A stretch of 64,000 nt of DNA, taken from NCBI GenBank assembly GCA_000708835.1, contig DF237201.1:1-64000 (forward strand), written 5' to 3'. Each line of letters opens with the position of its first letter. The stretch's first letter is position 1. The DNA comes from Klebsormidium nitens (taxonomy: Eukaryota; Plantae; Klebsormidiophyceae). The position numbers and the translations under genes are program-made. Shown here piece after piece: positions 40,338 through 51,885 of this stretch. The notes beneath the pieces are model-generated. The model did not search any database. It saw nothing but the letters and a program-made list of their open reading frames with translations, and was not told the origin of the DNA.

Positions 40338-41366
40338 TTATCCGCTGCCCTCAAAGCGAGCCGGACGACGAATTGCTCTACCCTTTCTACTCTTCCTAAC
40401 GTCGCTATCCACTTCGGAAAAGCTTTCTAACTCTTGTAGGCTAAGTGCCTCTTCTTCATAGATCAGCATGCAATCAACACACTCCCAATCTACTCCATCT
40501 TCTAGAATCTCCTCTGGAAATAAAACTCCTCGACTCGTTAAACAATCTAGATGAAAGCCCTTATTACAAGAATCACACAACACTTGCACATCTTTGCCCT
40601 CCCCATGGAAAAGATCGCAAATCTCGCACTCCTCTTTCACCCCCGCTACATTCTGCCGCTGAGCGCTGACGCCTTCCACCACCTCCACCACCTCTCTCTG
40701 AAACGAATCCAGGGCCCCCATCAGTCGCTCGAGTTCCTTTGCAGGCAGCCGAAACCCACTCGGATCTATCTCTAGAGCAACATCAACAGCGAACCTTTGG
40801 GCCACATCCTCCCTGTCCTCCCCCTCAACTCGATACAACGATGAATCATCTGCCGAGATTCCTAACCAAACAACCCGTAGGCTCTGCGTGCTATTCCCTA
40901 CAAACCCTTTATCTCGCCCTATCCAAAACATTCTATCATTCCCTACCGCAAGTTCCATCCCCTGCGAGTCCTGCGGTGCCACAAACGCGGAGAAGGTGGG
41001 CTGACGAGCGCGACTGGCCCGAATCTGTGCTGCTCCACTGGTTGGCCCGTCTGTCCCTGATGCAGAAAAAGAGCTGCCAAGCTTTGGTCTAGCTAAGTGT
41101 GACATCAAAAAGCGTAGCCTGGCGAGCGTCTTCCTTTTCGCAAGTTCGCCTCGGAGGCGCGCCCCGGGAAGTTCCGGAGCCCTCGATATGAAGATAAGAA
41201 GCCAAAGGGCTTCAGCAAAAAGGGGTTGGAAGGGCAGACTGAAAGTGGCAAGCGCAGCAAGCATGTCTTTCGAACAGCCGGTGAAGTGCGCACAAGGCCC
41301 CAACCTAGTCAAAGCGTCTTGGGATTGCTGGACTTTCAGCATTCGAGGCGCTACTTGTTCGAGTAA
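40338..41366 (-). CDS. PHD-finger-encoding terminal exon of the Zator-like gene
   Basis: Acceptor tttctgcag at 41367-69, open to the stop at 40338. C4HC3 PHD pattern CEICD...QVLCDSCNKGFHLDC...WECVDC. Confidence 0.75.
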   Translation of the reverse strand, partial: LLEQVAPRMLKVQQSQDALTRLGPCAHFTGCSKDMLAALATFSLPFQPLFAEALWLLIFISRAPELPGARLRGELAKRKTLARLRFLMSHLARPKLGSSFSASGTDGPTSGAAQIRASRARQPTFSAFVAPQDSQGMELAVGNDRMFWIGRDKGFVGNSTQSLRVVWLGISADDSSLYRVEGEDREDVAQRFAVDVALEIDPSGFRLPAKELERLMGALDSFQREVVEVVEGVSAQRQNVAGVKEECEICDLFHGEGKDVQVLCDSCNKGFHLDCLTSRGVLFPEEILEDGVDWECVDCMLIYEEEALSLQELESFSEVDSDVRKSRKGRAIRRPARFEGSG

Positions 41367-41832
41367 CTGCAGAAATCTGCAAATTTGTCACAGTTGTAAC
41401 AGGGTTCTGGATTGAACATCAAGAGCTTCAACAAAACGTGCATCAACGAAACTGTCTGGTGGTTGGTACCATATAAAAGCCAGGCTGACCTTTCTGCTCA
41501 TGCTCGACCGGTAAAACCCCCAGTCATTCCGTTTCGTTTTGCTCCAAGAGCGTTTCCAGGGTCCGCCCCGAAGCCACTCAAGAAACGTCAGACATTCACG
41601 AAAGTCCGCAGGAATTGAATAGTTCCGCTCACTTCACTGCTCCCGTCCAAATATACAGATCGATGCATCAAGAGAATCCAAAATGATACTAGGACCCGAA
41701 AATAGAGCTTCTCCTGTGTCTGACAGGACTGAACACGAAATCGCCGTGAATCAACATGCTTGCAGAAATTGACAAAGGACGAACAAGGCAAGGTTCTCGT
41801 ATATTCTCGACCAATATCCTTTTAAGGCTTAC

Positions 41833-44800
41833 CCTGAGCAGGATCTGCTGAACCTCGGACAGGTGCTGCAGCCCGCTGACGTGCTCTCGCGTCCGCGTGT
41901 AGCTTCTGAATCTGCCACTTGCGGACTTGAGCGATGGCGTCTTTGTCCGAGCAGCACCCGTTAACCCCCCCACAATGAAAGCCTTGACGTCCTCCTCCAT
42001 CCACAGGTAATTCCGGCGCTCCAACTCTTGACGGAGCAGGACAGACGGCAGGCACCTGAATACATAAATTGGTTGTCAATATGCAGATTTCAGCGCACCA
42101 GCATTCAAACGTAAGATTCCTCTGCTGAGGACACAGAACTTAGGTAAAATGATTCTCTCCCTACAGATCACAAGATATACCAGCAACAAGGGCGGCTTCT
42201 ATTAGACATTCGTTTTCACACCCGACGTTCAAAGCAAGCACCGAAAACTCAATTTACAAAAGAGAAAAGTCTCCAACAGTACACAACAAGGACTTTCCAA
42301 CGACTTTTGAAAGCAGATGCGTCATTCACAGAAGTATGAAACTCGCAGACTTTTATGTGACAAATCACCTTAGATATCATACATCAATTACAGACCACGC
42401 AAATGTTGAACTTTTTCAGCGAGGCTTTGACTCAAGCTCTTTCTTATATCGCTCCAGCCCTTCAACATCCTTTCCTATTCCAAGAACTAAATCCTTCCAG
42501 TCAACCAAATACTGTGAAATTCTGAACGGACTGAAAGGACTTCAGCTGGCACATTCAGTCACATGATTCAGCACTTAAGAGAGCTTTACAATTCTCAGCT
42601 TGACACCGGAAAGGAACTCGCCCTTGCACATAAATCATCACCTGTCAACACAATCAAGTTCCCACGGAGGATGTTGCTCGTTCTGCGCTCGTGCTACCGA
42701 GTCCTGGAAATGTCCACCGCTCTCCGTAAATTGGGCGGTCCCCAAGAAGGTCCTCTCTCGGCACCCCGAGTGATCGCAACACGCTGCCGGACTGCCAAGC
42801 CTCCGCCGCGCCTTCTCAAACCCGTCCATGCACTTGAAAAGGCACTTCTCATCCCAGCACGCCAAGAACTCCATTCCGTATCGGCTAAGCAGGGTGTGCT
42901 TTGGGCAGTTCACGAAGTCGAACAACTCGTCAAAACGGGCTGCCTGATCACGATCGGACCAAAGTGCTCTCTTTCTCACGCCCGCTTTGGAGTACGCCCT
43001 CAAGGCCTCCCTCTCGCTGTTCGAAACGTACCCCAGTTCACACGCACACTCGCCGGCACCTCGGCCGCACCCCCCCGCGCACTCTACCGGAAGAGCCTGC
43101 TTGACAGTTAGTGGAAAGCCGCAGAACTCCCCGTCCGACAGCCTGGATCCAACCTCGTCTAGCTCCCACTGCAGGTTTGCCCAAACCTTCCGCTCGTCCA
43201 CCACCCCTCTCTCTAGGTCAACCGCGTCACCGAACGGCTGGGAGTCGATGGGCACGTTACACAGCTCTTTCGTCTCGACTGCATTCAGCCTCTCCGCGCC
43301 CACGTTATAGGCACTCTGCCCCCCAGCATGCGTCCGCTGCGAGCTGTAGCACAACCCCTTTTCTCGGAAGAACAAAGCTTGGGTGTAGATGACCTCTCGG
43401 AACTCCGGGTTGTGGTCAGGCCCTTTGTCGGTGTAGTGATGCCAGGAGCACGAGTCAAACAACTCCGGGTCCCCTTCCCACAGCTGCTCGACATTGTTGA
43501 TCTTCTGAGCTGCCGTCGAGGGATTATATTTCTCCGTTTGGAGGACTGCATAACCCCGGCCCCCGTTTCTACTCACAAGGGCCTGCTTTCCCCCGTGCCG
43601 CTCCAGGGCCCGCCGAGTGCCCGCGAGCCTCTCCCTGTTCATGGCCGTGTCCTCCGTCAACAAGACGATGCTGTCGATGATGATGTTGCTATCTCTGGCC
43701 TTGGAGTGGAGGTCGTGGTCAGGTGATGTCTTCTTGTTGCTGCAGACATGGTAGACGCGGTGCCTGCTGGTTGAGGTGTTGATGTCGGGCTTCACTTTGG
43801 CGTGATCATCGGCAGCCGTGATGGTCGAGCAGGGCGTAGCAAACGCCCGATCTTGGGACGCGCGCCAGTCGACGTGGCAGTGTTTGCCGTCCACGTTTCC
43901 CTCCTTGTCCTCCGCCCTGACCTGGAAAAAGAGGACCGGAAGGGTTTCTGAACTAGCTTGAAAGGGCTTGAGGTTCATACCCAAGCACCGACAGGAGGGT
44001 TGCAAAACATCAAAATGAAAGTCGGTTTCGCAATGAATGTCGATAAGGACCTCAGGCCTGCGCCTTTCTCTGTGAGAATTTGCAGTAGACATTCGTGAAA
44101 ACCCCAACCTTTCCTCATGATGCTGCCTCTAGCTATCATCGGTTTCGAACTTACATCCAATCCGTCCAGAAGTCAGAATCTGTTTTGTTCAATGTTGCCG
44201 CTTGCTATTACCCGATTAGCGTTCAGATCCAGTCTGTCCAGAGAAGTCAGAATCTGTTTTGTTTGATGTTGCCTCTGGCTATCATCAGATTTGGATTCAG
44301 ATCCAATCTGTCCAGAAGTCAGAAACTGTTTTGTTCAATGTTGCCTCTAACTATCATCAGATTAGGGTTCAGATCCAATCTGTACAGGAGTCAGAATCTG
44401 TTTTGTTTGATCACAAGTTCAGATGTGATTTGCACAAAGATTCTACAAACAGCATGCATCAAGATCGACCGGTATCCCCAGCCTTGGAGAAAATAGAAGG
44501 GTCCAAGAAAAAGGGCGAGCGGCCAAGTACGCTAGAGTGTGTATGCTTCAATCGTCCAACAAACAGGATCTGCAAAGGGGGGCAGCAGTTAAATCACCTT
44601 CATGAATCGTTTGCGAAGATAAGCATATCCTAGACAAGTGTTCTCAGAAGATGGAGGAAAGAGGACGCCCGGTAAATTTCCTCATTGGACGCTCTGCTCG
44701 AAAAGAATCCCATCTCAGGTCACTTCCTTGTTGACAGCAAGAAACTTAAGCAATTCAGAAGTTGGTTTGCCACAAGCGGCTTGTAGTGAAACCAGGATCA

Positions 44801-46897
44801 AATTGCATATGCCCATTCTGTCCACCGCAAGTGTGGCTGAACTAACTCCGGGGACTTGGAGCAATTGCAAAAGTGTCTCCCCACTGAAGCAAAGCGCGTT
44901 TGCATGAATAGTGGTTGACCTCAACTCCCTCCTTTCCACATACAAAATTGATATACATTTTCTTTAGAGGAACCAAAACCCTTTCCAATGGCGCAAACAT
45001 CAATGTTCCTCACCTTGTGCATGCGCACGTCAGCTAGTGGAACGTGGAGCCTCCCAGCAATGGACCGGCAGTTGGCAGGGTGCATGGCCCGGTGCACCGT
45101 CTTTCTGGAGACACTTATCAGCTCCCCAGTCCGGCAGCACCGGCACTCCAGGACATACAACCAGATCCGGGTGACAGTGGAGCGCCCGCCTCGGTGCAGA
45201 GTAGAATCCTGCCTTCGCCTCTCCGCCTTCCCTCCATCTCCATCCCCCAAGTTCTCGACCGCCCTCTCTATGTGCTCTCCCAAGCAACACGCATGGGCCA
45301 GAATCTTAGAAGGACGGCCCCCCTCTCTCCTCTTCCGGAGCATGAACCTTGCCACCTTCAACTCAGCCCTCCTGGTGTCCCTCTGCTTCCTCCTCTGATA
45401 GGCGCTTGGCTCCGTTTTATATGCAACCGACCGCATTAGCTGATCAAGGTCAGCCATATAAAACTCAGCACCCGACAACTCCTCCGTGATCGCCGCAATG
45501 CTTTCCCGCTTCCACCCATACTGCTTGACTACAAAGTCAGCCCCCGTCAGCTGCGCAAGAAGGCCTTTAAAGACCCTGCGGTCCTGCTCCTTGCTGAGGA
45601 ACCGGAGGTATTTCAGGATGGGGAGCTCCCGGGCCTTCTGAGCTGTCTCCTTTGCTTGCTCACGCACCATCTTGGCCAGAGTGGCAAACTGGAGGATGTG
45701 GTCATGTGCTTGGACAGGCCTCGCGCAGAGCAACACTACCTCCTTGCAGCCTTCCCTCGCCTGAACAGTGATGCTGATAAGAGGAAGGTATCGAAGCAGA
45801 AAAGCCAGCAGCCGACTTGGCCGGCCTCTGAACTTCTGTGACACCCCTCCCCGCCCGGTTGCCCCTTCCCCCTCCAACCCCCCCATCCCATCCAGATCCT
45901 GGAAACGCTCCAACACCTCTTCCACCCCCGCTTTCTCTCCCCTCAAAGAGCCCCCTGCAGCCCCGGACCCCTCGGCAACTCCCGCTCGTCCAAAATTTCG
46001 TAGCCCCTCCAACCCCTCTGCCCCCACAGAAGCCCCTCCTAGCCCCTCTTCGTCCCATTCAGCCATGAGATCAGCTGCGTCATCCAGGGAAAAAAACCCA
46101 GTTTCGCTCAGGTCAACCGCAGCTGCTATCTCAAGAAGAGACGTCAACTTAGCTTTGTCCCGCGCAACCGGCTTCCAGGGCTCCGCCCACTCTTCCCACG
46201 TCTTCTTCTTCTGCACCCTCCGTTTCTGGAGCGCTTCACTTTCCTCCTTGTCTATAAGCTGGCCGATAAACTTGATTGCCTTTTTAAGACTAACCGCATC
46301 ATCCAGCGCCCGGCACATATTCACACCCCTATCGACGTAGGTCTTCTCAGAGGCCCTATCCTTCAGGTGACGCTTGTACCTAGTTTCCAGTCTAACTACA
46401 GGAGGGAACTTGCTAGCTGCCAATTCCCTCCACTTTTTCCGGATGCGGGACGCAGCCAGCTCCCGAAAAATCCCTTCCCCTTCTATCAAGGAGGACGTAT
46501 AAACCAGACTCCATTGCCCCCTTGAGCCCTGGAAGTGCACCGTAGCCACCAGCGCCTTTACGCTCTGCACCCCCCATCCAACGCTTAGAAACTGAGGGGG
46601 CACCGCAAAACCCAAGTCCAGCCCTTCCAGCTCTTCTACCTTGCATCCCACCACCGCCGCAAACAATCTAGCTTGAAACTCATCATCACTCCCCTCTTCT
46701 TCTCCACAATCTTTGCCCTCCTCAGACCACCGCCTTTCCCCGCGTCCCCCAACCTTTCAATTCGTCTCCTCCTCCTCCCCCTCTTCCCTCTCCCCCTCGT
46801 TGTCCTCCTGCTCGACTTCCGCCTCATCCTCCTCGTCCCCTTCCGAGGGTTCCTCTTCACTGCTCTCAATGTCTTGAACGGCCGCCTTCTTCTTCTT
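41833..46897 (-). pseudogene. Zator-type DDE transposase core (one in-frame TGA at 46757-59)
   Basis: Exons 46897-45014, 43921-42642 and 42055-41833. Motifs GRPSK...ERRRQ...VSRKTVHRAMHP...GRLHVP, AADDHAKV, PDHDL, TDKGPDHNPEF, THAGGQSAYNVGAERL, PFGDAVD...NL, LACWDEKC, DRCLPS match my recollection of Zator/TP36-like transposases. Confidence 0.8.
44117..44412. repeat. Minisatellite, ~72 bp x 4, in an intron of the Zator-like gene
   Basis: Units start at 44133, 44205, 44279 and 44351 (CTATCATCAGATT...ATCCAATCTGTCCAGAAGTCAGAATCTGTTTTGTT...). Confidence 0.9.
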
Positions 46898-48077
46898 CTG
46901 CACAAAAATGGTAGCACAGTTTGGGTAAGTTGCTGCACTTTTCAAGACCAACCACTTCAACTTGCAGGTCTTCCTCCTGCTCCGAGCGTAACCAGGGCAG
47001 ATACATAGATCCCTTCCGAGCGCTGCAGAAGTTTAGAAACCCCAATTACGTCCAAGACACAAGGCACTGACAAGTCATATTTCTTTATTGTGACGGCCAT
47101 TATCAGATCCTGTCTTCACGCATTTTCAGCAGCGACATGCTGCGGTCACATCCCTATTCAGTCCTCTCGCTTCCCCATTGCAGCAGACATCATCGAACTC
47201 TGATTGTATACAGCAACCGATGCAAATTTGAAAGCAATCCGGCGTCCACTCAGCTGGACTATCTGCACTGAACTTTAGCGTCCACATCAATACAAACATT
47301 ATTGGTCTGTGATTTACTGCAGCGATGCAGACCTTACCAGCTCGTCCACATCGCTGCAGACACCACTAGACCATGTCCATCTGCACCAAAGCGGACCTGA
47401 TAAATCTGTTACTGTTTGCCTCGATGCAGACAAGCTTAGACTAAACTGTGCAGCGATGTGGATCTAATCAGGAAAGGGACGTCTGCATCGCTGGAGACGT
47501 CATCGGACTTTCATCTTCTGCAGTTATGCCGACGCCTGACCTTGTGATCAGATCTGCATTGAGCACTCCAAACATGACGGACAAATAGATAACTGAAGCA
47601 ACGCAAACTTGACCAGATTTGAGTGTCCGCAAAGCTGCAAACATCATCCACGCACACGTGTTCCTAACACCGCTCAACTGCTGCTTGAATATCACCATAC
47701 TCTTGACCTTGCAGAGCTGCAAACCGTGTCAGACATCAACGGATTACCAGCAACAAACACCTCCTTGAAGCTCGAATGACCAGAAAACTGCAAAAGCCTT
47801 TCATGTCTATGTTAAGGGTTTCAAGAAGTATCCATGAACTCCAAAGCCGTAACGTTGTTGAGAGTGATGAGACTTTAGCACGTCAGACCGCTTGAGCATC
47901 TGTTAAAAAAGATGCACGTTCGCTGTCAAGACTTAAATCTTAAGTGGAGGTCTGAGTGCTTTTGAAGCTATCTAATTGGTCTATACTGTGCAGTAATCTC
48001 GATCTGGCCCTCTCCAAAAGTAGGCCAGCATAATATCTGCAGAGCCCCAAAAGCATGGACAAAACCTCAATTCTCAC

Positions 48078-50386
48078 TAGCTTTGCTTGCATCTCCTTGA
48101 CCAACTCCTCCATCTCTTGGATATTCGCCTCAGCTTTCCCCCCCTTCCCTCGGGGGCCTCCCGCAATCTTCTTCCGCTTTGCCTGCTGCACCATTCCCGC
48201 TTTCACCGTCCGCTTCTTCGTACTCTCCACCCCTGTCCCCTTGCCTTTCTGCGCTTTTGCCACTTCTTTCTCCTTCGCCTCCAACAACGCCCCCACGATT
48301 CCAGGCCCCAACTTCGCAATCCGCACTCCGAGGTCCTTCGCAAGCTTTGCAGCCCGCTCCGCTTCTGTCTGAAGGTTGATCAGGACGTCGAAGTAGGGAG
48401 GCGAGCGGATCAGAAACGCGACTCCCTCCTTCCAATTGAGCTGCTTCTGTAAAAGCATGAGAAGTGTCTATCAGAAATTGAACTCTCTTATACTACGGTC
48501 AAAAATAAAGGCTGTTTTCCTAGCAGGACATGCCGGCTTTGTACCTCCAGCATCTGCAAAGACTGCGGCCTCGAGCAAGAGAGTTAGTGCATCTTGAAGG
48601 GCATGCCTTGCTACAAAGAAGTCCAAGAGAAGTTCTGCCTTGGCGCCCATGCCAATGGTGCATTTTGCTGTGTACAGTGGGCGCCAATTTCCCATTTGTT
48701 TTGGTTGGCACAATATGGAAGAAAGTGAAGGATAAGTCACGGCTTCCTTGTTGCAGCAGCGTTATCGCCTGAGCACCGTTTCCGATGCTCATAGAGATGC
48801 AGATTTGAATAGCGACGTGGTCCTTCGTGGCCTGCAGGAGTCCTAGAAAATGGCTGCAGATCTTGATTCTGGCTCTGCATCAGATGCGGATCTGTCACTG
48901 GCCTCAGAAACGAAATATCCCAGAACTGGGCAGGATCTTGCAGCCAAGGACTCAAAAGAGCAGCTCAGTGTGGCTCATCTGCCTCTGGTTTTAGTTACAA
49001 ACCTGCCAATGCCTTTAGCTCATCCTCAACCTATGTCTGTGGCAGCTAGCGCATTCGTCCATGTCAAGGTCAACTCGAGTGCAACCCATGTTAAGGTCCA
49101 GCGTGTCACTTCTGGTAAAGCCATAGATCATGCACCGACAGAAGGGAAGGGTTTTAGCATCGGCACCAAGTGGTCCATCAGTTGGTTCAAATGTCTGCCA
49201 ATATGCAGTTATTACAGGGCTGGAGACAATCGGTGCAGAGGGCCTGGAGCTTGGCTCTCAACAGATCGAAAGAAGGCGGCTGACTTGAGAAGCACATCTG
49301 CCATGGTGGCTTTGAATCAGCAATTGTTGAATTGCCTTGCACTAAAGACACGCAAGAAGGAAAGAAGAGAATGCTTCTTACCAGAAGTGTGTCCAGTTGA
49401 CTCTGCACCAGGGCGATGGTGGTCGTCATCCGCTCCAATCTCTCTCCTCTTTGATCCTTGCTCAACTGAACCCCCTTTCCACTTGCCCGTGCAATCCGAA
49501 TTGCCTTCTCGTAGTCGTCAACCTTGTCACAGAGAGTTCTGTTTCTTGCATCCGTTCCTGCTGGGCTTGTCTCAAAGACCACCTTCATTGCAGATGCAAC
49601 AGCCAGCACGTCAGCCTGCCTGTCAAGAGCATAGCTCTTGATGGTGGAATCGTCCTGCACTCCGAACCCAGGCTCGTCGCAGACTGCCTTGAGCTGCGCA
49701 GCAGCATCCTTTGACGTCTGCAGCTGAATGGCCGCATACCTTGAACTCCCTGCAGCAGTGCTCCTGGATGCACCGCCGAGCCCAAAGCGCTTGGCATCAG
49801 CAACGGAACGGGACTTCTTGAGGGCAGAAGTGACCCAAGGAGCTGCCTTCTTTACATCAAACTTCGCAAGACTCGCCAGCGGTCCACTCTTCACGGCCCG
49901 TTGCAGTGCGAGCTGCTCTGCTCTGTAGTCAGATCTACTCAGAGGCGCCAACAGATTGTGAGTTACTCGCGTGCCCTTGGTGTGAATCAAGTCCCAGCAC
50001 ACCTGGCACAATGCCTGGTCGCACTCCCCACAGTACCCAACCGCGTCCTTCCCATGAGGACAGACCGAAAACGACCCTTCACAGGGACAGGTGGGTTTCT
50101 CCACAACAACTTTGGCATGGTTCTGATTGTCACCCCACTTGTGGGGCACCTCCCAGCATGGTGAGCAGAAGCTTGCCACACAACTGGCGCACGAGAATTC
50201 TGCCTCAGCCTCCTTGCAGACAGCACACTTGGGAGGTGGATCCTTTGCCACCCCTCCCGCTGCGAATTCTGGACTGCCCTCATTCTCTCTTCCCCGAGGA
50301 TCAGCATCCTGAGCTCCAGTTGCTGAGAAATCCATGACCGCCACCTTCAGACAAAATAAACGTGTACCCGTTCTGTAAGCAGACAC
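48078..50386 (-). CDS. Double B-box zinc-finger plus coiled-coil coding exons inside the Zator-like element
   Basis: Exon 50386(or ~50335)-49382 with CAVCKE...CASCVASFCSPCWEVPH...H and CPH...YCGECDQALCQVCWDLIH...H, donor GTAAGA. Basic coiled exon 48446-48078 with AG and GTGAG boundaries. Both phase 0. Confidence 0.72.
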
Positions 50387-51136
50387 CTAACAGGCCGTTG
50401 AATATGCAGTTCCGGGCTTATCAGGGCGCCAAGATTTTCTCTCTTCAACAAGCCAGACAAAAGCAGTCCTGACTCCTGAGACTGAGTCCTGAATGCAAGC
50501 CCAGCAGACCAGCAGGGAATTTCGAACTGTTTCATTATTTCGATAATTTATATCAGTAATGAGTACTGCTCTACCGGTACATTCACCTATTCAAAGAGCT
50601 CAATTCTAATTAGATTCCATGGAGGCCGGCACCAAGAAATAATTAGTTACTCCACAATTTTTCGGGGTGGTGGGGGTGGGGGGGGGTTACTACCAACGCT
50701 GATCTGAGGCAAACAAAAAACGGAATGTTGGATGAACGGGGGGTGGGGGGGCCTGCCCCCTTAGGCAAACGTTCTCGAATGAATTGGGGGATTTACGGGG
50801 GCTGGGGCCTGTCCCCTGTCCAAAAAACCGCCTGCGGCGCTCAAGGGGGGGCCTGTCCCCTGTCCCCAAAGTCCGAGGGGTCTGGCTACCACTGGAAATA
50901 TGTTTAGACACCACCCCCAACCCGTCTTTACGCATACAGCCCTCCAACCCACAGTCGCACACCTTGGCCGCCGTGCAGGGGGTGCTGTGTCTTCCCCCCA
51001 AGCCAAAAGCAGGGAAGAAGTCTCGGGCGGTCACTGTGGTGACAGCCCTGTTGATCACCAGTGACGAGTGGCAGGAAGCAGTGCGGCAGCAAGAGGAGGA
51101 AGAGAAGCGGAAGAAAGCGGAGGAGGCAAAGCGTGG

Positions 51137-51885
51137 GGGCGGTAGCACAGTTAGTCCGCCCATTTACGAAGCAAGCGCGTTTGTCGAAAGTTCTCGGATT
51201 TTGGTGTTTGATAGTGCATTAGAACCGCCTCGACGAGTACAATATATTTCGTCCCGGCCGGGGTTCGAAAATTTGCCGTCTGGCGGCCGCGCGACGCGGC
51301 CGCAAATTCTGACATTCACACGTGCGGCTGTTGCGGGGTTTGCCGCACGGTCATTTTAACATTTTTTGACCGGTTTTAGGGGCCGTGCGTGTCGACCCGA
51401 CCCTAGGCTACGGCCTGAAACACTCATATTCGTGAAAATTTGAAGTGCCCGGTTATAGTGCAAATGGCCCTATTATCAGGTTAACACGGAATACCTAGGC
51501 AGTGGTTCCAAGTGACGTCAGTGTCAGATTTGCATGTGAAGGGTGTCAGTCGACGCGGAATCTTTGGGGCTTTCCAACGAATCCGAAGGCGGCCGAATCT
51601 GACAAGATCTCAAAAAGTTATTAGTTGAAATCATTGAAAATGTCGAAAGGTGGCCCGATGGACGGTCGGGTCACCGAGCGCGACAATTCGGCCGCCGGTT
51701 GCTGACGTCATCAACCGAGCGGCGCGACCCTTGAGGTCGGTAGTTCGATCCATGAAAGTGACATACGAACTTTGAATCACTACTTGTGGACCAAATGCCA
51801 CAAAGTTATCGCCCTTTGAAGATTGGTTTCACTGTTTTTTCCAACATGGACGCTGAAAATGGGCGAACTAACCGTGCTACCGCCC
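51137..51885. mobile_element. MITE, 749 bp, 4 bp TSD GTGG
   Basis: TIR GGGCGGTAGCAC(A/G)GTTAGT(C/T)CGCCCATTT (29 bp, 2 mismatches). GTGG at 51133-36 and 51886-89. Removal restores ...EEAKR|GEKAAASARAKE. Confidence 0.9.

Larger units (their letters stand above)
39435..50917 (-). mobile_element. Zator-like DNA transposon, ~11.5 kb
   Basis: ~41 bp TIR GGGGTGGTGTC(A/T)AAACATATTTC(T/C)AGTGGTAGCCAGACCCC with 2 mismatches. 3 bp TSD CAA (39432-34 / 50918-20). G-rich subterminal repeats. Internal transposase has Zator-type motifs. Contains an N gap. Confidence 0.82.

Noticed and set aside
45044-46340. Plus-strand ORFs, e.g. 45768-46340 and 45044-45439
   Set aside because: Antisense to the Zator-like transposase exon; low-complexity translations.
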